64,000 nucleotides of DNA from Azolla caroliniana (taxonomy: Eukaryota; Plantae; Polypodiophyta), in NCBI GenBank assembly GCA_043228905.1, contig JBHGNT010000014.1, positions 8,928,001-8,992,000 of the forward strand, in the 5' to 3' direction. Within the stretch, counting starts at the first letter, position 1. Each line of letters starts with the position of its first letter. This document shows positions 12,016 to 25,000 of the stretch, piece after piece. The notes below the pieces were generated by a model, which saw only the letters and a list, made by a program, of their open reading frames with translations, was not told the origin of the DNA and did no database searches. The translations under genes and the position numbers were made by a program.

Positions 12016-15000
12016 AAAGTGTTGCCGATTAGGAACACGGTTCGCGGTCAGTCCTTCGACCTAGACCTCAAAGTGGGTGTGGAACAACGAATAGGTGTTT
12101 AAGTGTAATGCATAGGGGAAGAATCCCTGTAACCTATCAGTGCATAACGGAGACGAATACAACCGAATCCCTATCACAGGTTACACTTACGTACTTAAAC
12201 GCTTAGGTATTCGAGACACACACAGTGAATTAGCCATAGCTATACACAGGAAATCGGAGAAGATAGAATTCTATTATCAGGCGTTTCTTTACATTCCCAA
12301 AATTACACGCACCTCCATCAGAGGTTTTCTGCCCTTTATATACGCAGGGTCTATTTAGCCGTTCATGCTTCCTGCGTGAACCGTTACATGCATTATGTTC
12401 TTATATAATTTCTTATTCCTACGCTTTTGTCCATCGGTTACTATTCCGGCGGACAACAAATGTCAGGATGAACTTTCCAAATATTTCCATGATTATTCGT
12501 TGGAAGGTCGCCGGCACGGTCTTGAGCCCGAACATCATTACCACTGCGACGAAAACTCCCCATTCGGTGATGAATGCCGTCTTGTCTTGGTCGTCGGGGT
12601 GCATCCTTATTTGATTGTAACCGCTGAAACTGTCTAGAAAGTTATACACTTCATGACCGGCTACCGCGTCCAGGACTCCATCCGTAAATGGAAGTGGAAA
12701 GGCGTCAATCACTATTGCCGCATTGAGTTTTCGGTAGTCGACGCACACCTGGATCTTACCGTTCTTTTTCGGCACGACGACTATGGGGCTTAACCATGTA
12801 GCTTTTTTCATTGGTCGGATAAAACTAACTCGTAGCAACTTGTCAATTTCCTCTTTGACCTTGGCCACATAGTTGGGGTTCATTCGGTAACGCCGTTGTG
12901 CTACTGGTTTGGCATCCTTACTGAGATGTATCTGGTGTTGGTACAACTGAGGATCCAGCCCCCGCATGTCTTCATATGACCAGGCGAATACATCCCGGAA
13001 TTCCTTTAATAAAGTGATCATCGTCGTCTTGTTGTCCGGTGACATTTCCTTAGCAATATGAACCGGTCTTGCGTCGTCCCCAGTTCCTAAGTTCACTTCC
13101 TCTAACTAGGATGCTTTCATGTGTTGGGATACCGCCATCTCCCTCTCCAGGGCTTCCTGTGCTTGTCATAATTCTCTGATAGCTTCCCGATCCGGTTCCT
13201 CACTGGCATCATCTGATTGCGTTATATATGGTGACACTGCTTCTGCCACATCAATTTCAAATAGGGGTACAATTTTTGGGTTTCCTTCTAAGTATTGGTC
13301 GACCTCTTCGTCCGCAAGCCCCGTGAGCATGTTTACCCCTTCCACATATAGCGGTGTCAACCCCTTGCCGGTACTTGCTCGAGGGTGGGTAGGTACCCTT
13401 ACTTTAGTCTTTCCTCACCGGAAGGTAATCATGTTTTTCCACCAGTTTTGTTTGATATGCGTCATTTTTAGCCATGGGCGGCCCAGCAACAGCGGGTAAG
13501 CCCCTTGCGCATTGACCAGGAGAACCACCGCCGAAATGCGGAATGTGTGTCCTCCGATAGTTACGTCTAGACCCCGTATCAAACTTGTATCTGCCATCCG
13601 GAGCCAAAACTGCCAAGGCTCCTATTCTTGGATTCCCAAGGTATTACAAGTCCGTAGACTGATCAAGTTCACGCCCAATCCTCCGTCCACAATCGTCCCT
13701 GGTAGTTCTCATCCTTTGACGATGGCGGTGATTGTCGGACTGTTCATGTCCACCACTGTTGGCCCTTCTTCCGGATTTGAGAAGAACGCAGGAACCGGCA
13801 ACAGAATTGATGTGGTCATTCCAGATTTCAGCCCTTCCATAAACCGGGGCACTAGTTGTAATAACCGACCCAATGGCAGCGTAATCTGACATTCTTGTAA
13901 CGCTTGCCATGTTGGGTTTTTCGGCTGAATCGTGTTGGTGGCCTCTTTCGGCTTCTCCTTTTGTTGTTCAAGCTCAGCCACATTCTGCTCATTTTCCTTC
14001 TTCACCCACTCAGTGGCTTGCTTTCGGATTGCCTCCTGTGTTTCCCACTCCGTTGTTTTGCCTTTTGCCCTAGTGGTGACTTGTTGTATGTCGGCGACTT
14101 CTTCTACCAGCATATTTACGGCTGGTCTTTTCTCGTAGCTTTTAACCGGACATTGATTATTGTAATGTCCTTCTTGTCGGCAATAGTAGCAGTACGCTTT
14201 CCGGGTGTTGATGGATTTGGCGTTCACTCCGATACCTAGTTGAGGTCCTATTGGTGGTCGGTTGGGTACTTGGTGTGCCCTTGTCCGGCTGCCACTAGCG
14301 GTCCTCCTTTCCAACATTCCATTATTTATTGAAGCATTTTTTGTTCTGGTAACCCTGTCGGGACCGATTTTCATAATTGCCTTGATCCTCCCTCCGTTGG
14401 TTGTAATCGGGAGAGTGATCTCGGTTGTATCACTCATATCGTTCACCGTTGTAATCCCGGTAGCTATCCTGCCGGTCTCGGTCGTGAGCGTCCTTTCTGT
14501 CACTGTTCCAGATATCTTGTGACAGCCAGTAACGCTCATCTCGCTGCCAGCGTTCTTCTTCTTCCTCCCGGTTATTCCGAGGTTTGATTTGCCATACCGG
14601 TGCCGCTTGCCTGTTCAGCAAGTTATATTCGCATAGGTCTATTGTGTGTGCCCTGGAATGGCATAACATGCACTGTGTCTGCATGGTACATTCTATTGTT
14701 GAGTGCCCGGCATTGAGACAAGTCGTACATTGTATAGCTTGCCGAAAACGTAGGTCGTCTTCTGTTGGTAATGTACACTGGAGTGCCCCCATTGTTAGCC
14801 ACGAGCTTGTTTTCTCCATCTCCCTGACCCGTTCTATGACTTGGTCGATCATGCTGGTGCGGAAATCAATCACTGCGCACACTGTACGCAGGGGTTCCCA
14901 GAGTGTTGCTAGGAATATTGCTTTAACCTCTGCCTCTGGTGGTGCCCGATTGAGCTGACTGTGCATTCGCTGGAATCGGATCACGAATTGCTAAATGGTT

Positions 15001-16530
15001 TCCGTAGGTTCCTTCCGTATGGTGTAGAATAGGTTGACCATCTCCCATTGATCCACCTCCTTGTTGAAGAACTGTAAAAATCTGGTTTTTAAGTCCTTAA
15101 ATGTCGCGATGGTGCCGGGAGTGTGCGTCAAGCGCCATCGCGCGGCTGGTCCTTCCAAAGTCATGCCAAACTCTGCAATCTTTACACTACGCACACCGTA
15201 CACAAGGGTTCCTTGAGTGTGGCTAGGAATATTGCTTTAGCCTCTGCTTCCAGTGGTGCCCAATTTAGCTGGTTGTGCATTCACAGGAACCATCGCGCGG
15301 CTGGTCCTTCCAAGGTCATGCCAAACTCTGCAATCTTCGAACGTTCTGCTCGTCGGCGGTCAAACATTGCGATACATGGTTTGCTTCCCATGTTTGTAGA
15401 AATGCATAGACATGAGCTTCTGCATCCGGATCATCCCGGTACTTGGGATATTGGAACGGCATATCGTCGTCCGGTGTCGGAACACAAGCTGGTGGTGTTG
15501 GAGGTCTCCCCTCCTCTTATTTCGGTGTCAGAGGTCTTTCCACCACTTGCCAGTCTAGGGCTTCCAATTCTATTAAGTCTGGTTCTGGTGTCGGCAAGGT
15601 ATCCGACTACTCGTCCTCCGGTCCGTTTGGGGTGTCGTGGCTGCTACGGTAATTCGAATGGGCATTGCATTCGCCGTCTGAATCCGATTTGAAGGCCGAG
15701 AACGGTTCCGAATCGCCTCCCCTTGTTGCTAGTGCTTGCAGAATGGATTCCACATCCCGGAGATTGCTCAAGCTGCTTCCTTCGTCCGGTTGGGAATTCT
15801 GCTGCCCTCGGAGTGACTCCACAACCACTCGCCGGATTACTTTGGAAAATGAACAATCCGCACGGATCTCTTCAAATGCCTGCTGGAAAGCCTCTCGCTT
15901 TCGCAATCATTCGGCAAGTCTTCTCACTCGCTCCGTAACTGGGTCGTTTGTTGGTCTAGTCATCCATGCCCGTCGTTGTTCGCTGCATTTGTGCAGGAAT
16001 CGTGGTCGCCAAAAACTGTGTTATCGCTAGGGCTAGACAATGGCCTAACATAAGGTGTCCCTTTGAGACACTTCACCCAAGGGGTGTTGGGGTGAGATAA
16101 AGTTAGACCAACTATTAATGAAACCCTAATTGGTTACTAAGCGGCAAGATCATTAGTCACAATACACGCGTAGGATAAATTATACTTAGCCCAGAACGGT
16201 AATTAACAATGATTAAGATACAGAACAACAGCACTCTATTAATTATCCGCTACTAATTACAATCTAACCGGGCCCTTTTATAGGTCTCCGGCTCTAGGTA
16301 CAAACCAGTGCCAACCGGCAACCGGCTACGAACCGGTCCGGATCCAGATCGGCATACCGATTCCAGGTCCATCCGTTCGCATCTCAAAATCATAATAATT
16401 CTATAGTATATATATAATCAGCTCCTGGATATTAATTATCCCCTTCTTCCATTTTGGACTTTCCTTGCCGGCCGGTTAACAAATAATGGTGATGTGACCG
16501 GTTCTAATGTCTTTCCCTCCATGGGCTATA

Positions 16531-19500
16531 AAAGAGTGGGAATGGGTCAGAGTCCACGACTCCATCATGGACTTGGTGAAGCGGAAATGGCTTTCGACAG
16601 AGCTGGAGCCGGAGAAGCCGGTGGAGGTGCGAACGACGCACCTGGAAGATATGGCCCAGGAGGATGAGTTGGCGGAAAGCCACTATTCGAGGTTGCATTG
16701 GGCTAGAGCCACCACGGAGACCCCCGTTCGGATCGGAGACTTCAGGAGCCGGTGCTGGCGTTGGTAGACCACGGTTCGGAGATCAACCTGATCTCCATGG
16801 ACTTCTATAAGAAGGGTAAGTGGCCGATCAACACCAAGCACGGGTGGAAAATACAAGCGGCGACGCGCGCCACGAAGGAACTACACGGGACCTGCCCAAA
16901 TGTACAAGTGAAGATCGACAATGTCGAGATCGATCAGCACTTCTTCGTGCAGGAGACATCCTCATACCCGGTGATCCTCGGCGAACCGTACATCACGGTG
17001 GCACGCATGCAAATGAAGGTGCTAGATAATGGTTCGGCGTACGCCCAAGTGAAGAGCCAAGATGGGCGGCACTCCGTCCAATTTCTAACGGTGCGACCGA
17101 ACCACGAGCGCAACCGCGAAACCCTCAGCGGCGAAGACCGAGGGGATTTTTAGAGAGGGCTATCAAGGCGTGGGGCTGCGATAGTCCGGACACCCCGAAA
17201 AAACCCCACAATTGTAGCATAGGAAGGAAACCCTGTACTATAGAGAAGAAATTCTGGTTCTCCGACAACAGAGGTTGTACAATAACCGGCATTAGCGACC
17301 GGGAGAAGAAGCGGGCGTGCGGAGTCCTAGGCCCCGATGAAGTGATAGGCAGTGCCATGAAGGCGGTCTCTTTCAATGACACCTTGGGAGATCTGAGGAA
17401 CGTGCTTGAAAAAGGCCTCAGTGAAGACCGGATGATTCCGGTTAGTTCGAAACGGATGTACGAAGTCATCGCCGACTTCAGGAAAGGGGCCTTCCCGTGT
17501 TGATACAAGGTACAAGACTGTGGACCGGAAGGTAAGCCCAGTCACAACACCCTTGCCGGAGGGCAGCGAGTTATGGATGAAAGGGGTCACATCGGACCCA
17601 AGTTTACGAGATCCGGCCGGCATAGGACACCAGTTCACCGACATAACGCTACGGAAGCTCAAGGTCAGTGGGGGTGGCTTTCTAATGCCGGTGGGGGAGG
17701 AACGGTTTCGGAGAATGCTCAGGAGGCACGGGAAGGCCTTCGCATTCTCACTGGAGGAGATCGGGTGCGTAGACCCGACGGTCGTTGAAGCAATGGTTAT
17801 CTTCATTGTACCACATGTACCGTGGAATCTCAAGCCGATTCCAATACCCAAAGCTCACATCCCGAAGTTGATGGAGTTGTTGAAGCAGAAGGTGAAGATA
17901 GGCATCCTCGAGCCGTCGAGTGCCCCGTATTCAAATCAGTGGTTTACCGTGCCAAAGAAGAACGGCACGTTGCGCTTCATTCAGGACCTGCAGTCGATCA
18001 ACAAGGCGACCATTCGGAACGCTGGAATCGAACCGACCATTGACGAGTTCGGGGAGGCCTTCACCAAAAGGTCGATTTACTCGATCGGGGACCTGTACTC
18101 GGGGTATGACCAATTCCAACTAGATGAAGAGAGCATGGATATTATGACGATGCGGACTCCTCTCGGCCTGGTGCGGATGTGTACCCTTCTGCAAGGAGGG
18201 ACGAACGCGGTAGTGCACATGGTGAATGCGATGAATAAGGTGCTAAGAGACTATATCCCGGACATTACCATGCCCTTCTTGGACAACATCCTGATCAAGG
18301 GATGTCCGGTGGAAGATAGGGACAAAACGATTGAATCGGATGGGTGTCAGAAATTTGTTGCGGACCACATCGGCGACTGCGAGAAGGTGCTACAAAGGCT
18401 AGAGGGCGCGCGGCTCACCTTCTCTGGGAGAAATCGGCTTTAGGACAATCAGAAATCATGGTTATCGGACACCTGTGCTGGCCTTATGGTCGGAAACCGT
18501 CTCCAACCAAGGTAGAAGCCATCTCCACAATGAAGGGAGACTGCAAGTCGATTACGAAAGTCTGGAGGTTCTTGGGAGCTTGCGCGTTCCACCACATCTG
18601 GATCCCGCATTACGCCCACATCGCGGAGCCACTCTATGGGTTGTTGAAGAAAGGGCGCAAAATCGAGTGGAGCAGGGAGCATACGGAGTCGGTCCGAAAA
18701 ATGAAGGAAACACTTGCTGCGGCACTGCCGCTCAGGAAAGCGGTTTACAGAAAGGATGTTCCAATTTTTGTAACCGTAGACACGAGTCCGACCAGGATAG
18801 GATGGGTGATCAACCAGGAGGATGAGAATGGTATGAGGTTCCCCATCCAGTTCGGTGCGAAAGTACTCAGCGAATCGTTGTTCTATCCAATGACGTCTCA
18901 CAAAATTGGAACGGATCGAATAGATAATGATAAGTTTCAAGCAACATATTATAGATAAGGAAATCCTTGAATGGAGAGCGGTTCCATTTCCATCTACTTC
19001 TATGAACCAGAAGCCTGAAACGAGTGAATCGCTCCTGCAAGTCTTCTATTACAATGTTTTGATACAAGTGAATGGGAACAAATGTCTGTGGATATTGCGG
19101 ATGTATATGCATAAACTAAGTTTCTTTGACGTATTCGGAATGTCGCTCCTCATCCGGAGGGGATTTATTGCACTGCTTGACAGATGATTTAGTCATCGAT
19201 TTCGGATCATACCCACGATAGATAAAAAAATTCAGAATTTTTTTGTTTGAGAGATGTTTTTCGCGCTCCCTTCTCATACCGTAAGTGACATAAAGCCTAT
19301 GCACCAGTTCTTGCTTCGCCAACAAACAACGATGTGGGGAAGGAATATTAGGATCCGGCTGGAACAGAAGCATGGGATCCCAGACAAAGCGCCCCCCAAG
19401 AATCGAGTCGGTTCATCGGATCGATTCCATTGTGTTTCATATTGATTGGACGAGTCGGAGATTCCCAATTCCAAAAATTGCTCACGTAACGAGAGAGACA

Positions 19501-21205
19501 GCAAGGATATGCTTAGGTTAAACGCGAACTCTAGGGTATCATTTCGGCGGTCAAGGCCGACAGAGACTACCTGATCGGGATAGAGGTAATAATAGAGACG
19601 GACTGCCTACCGATCCTCGGTATGGTTTCCGGATGCACGACACCGGACCTAGCGATGCTCAGGTGGATCATGTACATTAAGTCCTTGAACCCAGAGATAC
19701 GACACATTTCCAGGAAGGACAATGCCATCCATGGCTGACATGCTTTTGAGAGCGAGGTTTGATGATGAGGGCGGCATGGTTTCGGAGGATGAGGAAGTCG
19801 GCGTGGACTTCTTCAAGACGGCTTACGTGACAACGAGAAAGGGGAGCACTCTGGCGCTTAACGAGTTCGACGAGGGCAAGTACGACGGGGAGTGGCTCCA
19901 GATCGCCGGGTTCCTAAAGACGATGACACCAGACGTGGCGTGGACAAAGGAAGAGGCTAACCGGATCCGGAAGAAAGCGTACCTATTCTTCCTACGGGAC
20001 AGAAGCATATGGAAGCACTCGAAGAAGCGAGACAGCATCCCACTCTAGGTAGTGGCGAGGAAGGAAGAGCAGGAGGCATTGCTGACGGTGTACCACGAGA
20101 GTCCTTGGGACGGACATCGCGAGACATGGGCCATGTTTGAGACGTTGAAGGAGAAGTATTGGTGGTCGGGACTATACCGAGACGTGCATCAGTTCGTGAC
20201 GACTTGTGAAAGTTGCCAGATGCACTCCATAATCCGACATCATGATGAGCTGCACCCGAGTTACCCGCCGACTGTCCACTTCAAGTGGATGGTGGATCTG
20301 GTGACGATGGCGATGGGAGTAGGGCAAATGTGGTACCTGGTGCTAGCACGAGAGGACCTGATGAATGAGGTGGAGGGTCGCGCATTACAGAACAAGACGA
20401 TCGCGGCCGTGTGCCGGTTCCTGATCGAGGAGGTGGTATGCCGGTACGAGTGCGTAGGGAAGATCATAGCTGACTTGGGAGAACTGGACGCACAAGAGGC
20501 CAAAGAGTTGTTTAATCAGTTGGGGGTTAAACTCTCACTCACCACGGTGTACAATCCGGAGGCGAACAGGAAGGTGGAGGCGGGCATGGGCCAATCGTCA
20601 AAGCGATAGTACGGGCATCTGGAGGCCAAGTCGAAAATTGGCCGCGGCTCCTACCTTATGCGTTGTGGGCAGACCGAACTGTGCGTAGTTAGGTAACCGG
20701 GTTCATGACAGCAAAGCTTATGTATGGCAGAAGCCGATCATGCTGATGGAGTGAATGATCTCCTCGTGGGCCGTGGTGGGCTAGAGAGACAACATGAGCC
20801 AGGAGGAGCTATTAGCGGCACGAATCCGACAGTCCGAGAGAAGACTGGAGGACGTGGACAAGCAACGGCAAAGCTACGTATGACGAGGGCAAGCAACAAG
20901 GGACGATTCGACTAGACTCACCGGGTGCGACCGAAGAAAATCGAGGAAGGTGATTGGGTTCTAGTCTACGACAGCAGCCTCGACAACTAGCACAAGGCGA
21001 TGCAAAAATTTGCGAGGAGGTGGTTCGGGCCTTACGCAGTGACGAGCGCCAACGACCACGGCACCTACCATCTCGCGGAGCTCGACGGAACAAGGATAGC
21101 CGTGGTGGTGGCCGGGAAGAGGATCAAGGCGTTCAAGAAGCGGCATGAGGATGAACCGGACCCAGAGAGCGTGGATGACAGTAACGACCGGATTGAGGAG
21201 GATGA
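16531..21205 (+). mobile_element. Ty3/gypsy pol (PR-RT-RH-INT), decayed, atypical/fungal-like motifs
   Basis: Protease LALVDHGSEINL; RT PYSNQWFTVPKKNGTLRFIQDLQ...DLYSGYDQ...GGTNAV...PFLDNILIKG; RH VTVDTSP; integrase HESPWDGH..CESCQ, KWMVDLV, RWFGPY. Confidence 0.9.
18874..19495 (-). other. ycf2: Nuclear plastid DNA insertion (NUPT): ycf2 3' fragment
   Basis: Interrupts gypsy RNaseH at KVLSE|RQQGYA. Minus-strand translation EQFLELGISDSSNQYETQWNRSDE...EDLQERFTRFRLLVHRSRW...NMLLETYHYLF resembles the Ycf2 C-terminus (FELLIHRQRW...NTLSESYQYLSNLF in seed plants). Confidence 0.75.
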
Positions 21206-21804
21206 CCAGAACGTGCGACAAACATTACGCCATCTCCTAACCAGAACGTGCGAGCAAAACCGAACATCATGGACATCTTGGAGGATGAATAGAGGGATGG
21301 GTCTGACGTACCATGGCACTGTCCCACAGGCATGCCAGGTGTTGTCTGCCAGAATTGTAACCGCCGGACAAAATGCATAAATATATTAGAAGCGTTAAGA
21401 AAAGAAATGTAACAGTTCACGCGAGAAGCGTGAACGGCTGAACACCCTGTGTATATAAAGGGCAGAAATCCTCTGTAAGAAGTAGCGTGTAATTTTTAAG
21501 CGGGAGGTTTTCTTTTCTAATAGAATCTTATCTTCTCTAATATTCGGTGTCCGTGCAACCCGTGTTGTCTTGTGTAATCTTTGTACTATGCGTAAGTGCA
21601 TCTTTGAAAGCGTAGGGTAAGAGTCAGTGTAGTAGCGCACTCAGGTTCTCGGTCGTAGCCATGAACCTTCACCCATAGGATACACGTTATTACGCAACCG
21701 ATGAAGTACGGCTCACGCCTCGTGTGACGGCCTACCTTGCCATGCAATCACCTTGAGGTCTATCTCGAAGGTTTGAAGATAGACAGTGTTCCATATCGGT
21801 AACA
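21206..21804 (+). mobile_element. 3' end and LTR (21340-21804) of an element related to 8611-12458, fused to the gypsy integrase end
   Basis: TGTTGTCTGCC...ATCGGTAACA aligns with the reverse complement of the 8611 LTR (TATATAAAGGGCAGAAA, TTGAGGTCTA). The sequence before it resembles the accessory ORF end. Confidence 0.8.
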
Positions 21805-22039
21805 AGAACCAAGGCAAATACATAAAGCAAGGAACTTGGGGCATAACCCTCACAAATGCACATATGCACATAACCAAGCTCTCTCGCTCTCGCACCCCCT
21901 GCTTAGAAGCTTTCAAACTCTCTCGCCCTCAGCCTCAACACTCTCAAATCTTTGCTCACTGGGGAATGGAAGTCGGTGTTGTTTCCCAAGCTAGCAGGCT
22001 TCACAAATTTGGGCCTTCCGGCCACTAAATTTCAGCAAT

Positions 22040-25000
22040 CCGAATAACACCTATTTCGATTGTAGTTTTGGAAGCCTCTAGTAGTTGACGTGATCGATCT
22101 GCTTGTGCCATGATTTGACGCTCTGGAGTCAACGTACCACACCTCATCCGATTGTGAGATGGTCTTTTTCATCGAATTTTCCTCGTGTTTCATCACGAAG
22201 GTTGGCCCTTCTCCAGTTTTGCCGATTTCTGATCCTTTTGATCCTTCAGCATAGTGCGACCGTTGCCGATTTCCATGTTCCACATTGCCAGATCTGGATT
22301 TTTTCAAATCGGCATGATTCTTCCAGCACTCTCTCCCAGTGGCTTTTCTTGCCACAGTACCAGCATTCCTTTTCAGCCTTTGGTTGTCGGTTTCCGGCGT
22401 CGCCTTGAGTACCCCTGCTTGTGGAGGGTCCGAAACTGCTGTTAGAGCTACCTACTAATATAAGCATATGATAAGGATAAATAGATAAGAGAGGAAAGAG
22501 AAAAAGAAGGGTGTTGATCCACCTAACAACCGCCGAGCGAAGGGATCGAGATGCACTTGAGCCTCGATTGGCATTCCATACCACCGCCGTGGCGTCAAGC
22601 CGTACCTAGTGTTGGCGTGCTCGCTACAAGAGTTGACCCACCACAATGACAAAGTCTTGACGTGGTCGATAATGTCCCCAATGAGGGTAGCTAGGCCTCA
22701 TATTTATAGCTAGACCAAAGCCCCCAAGGCAAGTTCACACTTGGCCTAATGGGTTGTCTCAATCCCAAGGATTAAAAGTAATCCTTTCCTTCTTTACATT
22801 CTCGTTTAACCCTCACACTTTATCCACATGTATAGAATACTACGGTAAAACTTACCACGGAATATGGTCATGCCCGTAACATACTCCCCCTCTTTAAAGC
22901 ATTGCACTTTTGCAATGGAAAGTTAGGGAAGTTAGTTCTAAGAGTATTTTCGCGTTCCCATGTGACATCTTTGATAGATTTATCCATCCATTTAATTTTA
23001 AATTCTCGGATTATTTTAGAACGCAAATTTTTCGTTTTAACATCGAGAATTCTTTCTAGTACATGTGGTTTAGAAGATAATTCTTTAGAAGTAACCAGAG
23101 TTTCAATTGTGACGGTATTGTCACCAGAACCAAGAAGTTCTTTTAGACGACTTACATGAAAAACTAGATGGATTTCAACGCCATCAGGAAGAGCGAGACA
23201 ATAGGCTGATGAACCAATGCGTTTAAGGACTGTAAAAGGTCCACAAACCCGTGGGGCTAACTTAGCGCACTTACCCATAGACAATGTCTTAGAATTGTGA
23301 GGTACACATAGAAATACCTTCTCTCCAAGGTTGAATACATCAGGTTGCCTATGATGATCCGCAAAAAACGTGCTCTATCTTGAGCTGTTTTTATATTATC
23401 TCGTGCAATATGCAACATATATTGCATATCCCGAAGAAAGTTTTACGTAAGTTTCACAACTCATCATGATGTATATTAACATCAATCGGGGCTCGAATTT
23501 GATTTACTCGTTTTGTCTATCCATCAGATTGAGGATGATCCATGGAGCTCATGCTCAATGTAGTTTCTAACGTCTTAAAGACTTGCGTCCAAAAGTCGCT
23601 AGTAAACTTTGGATCTCGATCACTCACGATATCCATCAGTAACCCATAAAAATGAAATAACTCGGTGTTGATCAGACAACCTCAATGAAACAACTTGTCA
23701 ACGAATTGGTAAGCCAATTTAGGAGCTGTTACTGTCGTTTTTGTGGTAATGAACCACAACCCAGATGGCAACAGGACCTTTTTGGGTGCGAGGAAGGCTA
23801 ACAATAAAATCCATGGATATACTTTCCCACATATTGTTGGGAACTTCCAAGGGATGTAAAACTCCAGCGGCTTTAAGTCGCTCGGCTTTGTTAACCTGAC
23901 ACTGGTGACATTTTGTCACATAGCTATGTATGTCAAGACGCATCTTAGGCCAATAGAATTGAGTGGAGATGAGAACAAGTGTGTGATGTATTCCAAGGTG
24001 CCCTGCTGAGGGTGCATCATGGTATACCGACATTGGGCAAAATCAAGTTTCTTACTCTCGAATGCTATTGGTTTACCATCTTGATATAAGACATCACCTA
24101 TAGCATAATCGGTTTCAACGTGAAAAGGTTTTGAAAGATCTAGTAAAAGAAGTGAAGGAGCCTTACAAACAAGGTCCTTGAGTTCCTTAAAGGCGAGGTC
24201 TAGTGTAGCATTCCATACAATAGGTTATGTAGACTTACGTGTTTCACCTTTCAGAGATCAATAAATGGCGTTGTCAATGGGAATAATTGGGAATAATACT
24301 ACGGTAAAACTTACCACGGGATATGGCCATGCCCGTAACAATTGTTGTCGGCACCACCGTTGTGCCTTCTTCCTGCTCTTGTAGACCACCTCCGTTGTGT
24401 GCCAATCCACCTCGTCCTCCACGCCCACGGGGCCGATCTACCTCCGTGTACAACATCCGATTGTCCGATTGAGTGGTCCTTTACCCACTCGCGTGGTTTT
24501 CTTCGATCATTAGCATCAATTGCAAGTCGAAAAAGGGCGGTGGCTTCTCCCGTGTACATATCGCTGTCTGGATTGGCTCGTACCTCTACACTAGATCACT
24601 GAGGCATATTTGTGCCATCTCGTCTTCGTCCACCATCACATTGATGAACCCTAGTGCATTGCATATCTCCTTATCTTCGTGGTGTAGTCGGTGACCGACA
24701 TGTCCCTTTGCCAAACATTGTTGAGCTCCTGCCGGAGCTACAACTTTCGTGTCATGGTACTTGTGACAAAAATCTTTCTGAGATTTTCCCAGGCTTCCTT
24801 CAACATTTTCGCATCTTTGATGTAGCCGAGCATCTAGTCGTGCACACAAGACGCAAGACAGTATGGCACTCTGCTCGTTGCTTGTTCCCATACCAAGAAG
24901 TCCTTGTGTGCTGACTTTAGCGCTACCTCGTTTGCTCCTTCAACATAACTCCTCCAGTGCTCGTGTCCAAGCATGTACTGGTGCATCTTGTAAGACCAAG

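Larger units (their letters stand above)
8611..12458 (-). mobile_element. Complete non-autonomous LTR element (no gag/pol) carrying only the accessory ORF; TSD AATGT
   Basis: 439-bp LTRs 8611-9049 and 12020-12458 (about 25 mismatches by eye, mostly transitions), TG..CA ends. AATGT at 8606-8610 and 12459-12463. PBS at 11998-12015. Interrupts host RT at FGKFILT|FMQVFLD. Confidence 0.95.
4777..16530 (-). mobile_element. Non-chromoviral (Athila/OTA-like) Ty3/gypsy element, decayed, with 3' accessory ORF; hosts nested insertions
   Basis: gag ~14100-15900 with CCHC knuckles, protease ~13400-13700, RT (WLSPIVVVPKKNGKIQVCVDYRKLN...FLDSFSGYNQI, 12459-13100 + 8300-8610), RNaseH (FHVFVDA...EREALG), integrase (HYGVAGGH..CDLCQ; WGLDFVGP; PQANGLAE, 6440-7850). 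PBS TGGCGACCAC at 16002-16011. 5' LTR from ~16017; its outer end ~16480-16530 is uncertain. Confidence 0.9.

Noticed and set aside
21314-21337. Possible tRNA gene or tRNA-derived SINE at the tRNA-like motifs
   Set aside because: Only the last ~17 nt match; no D arm, anticodon arm or A/B boxes.
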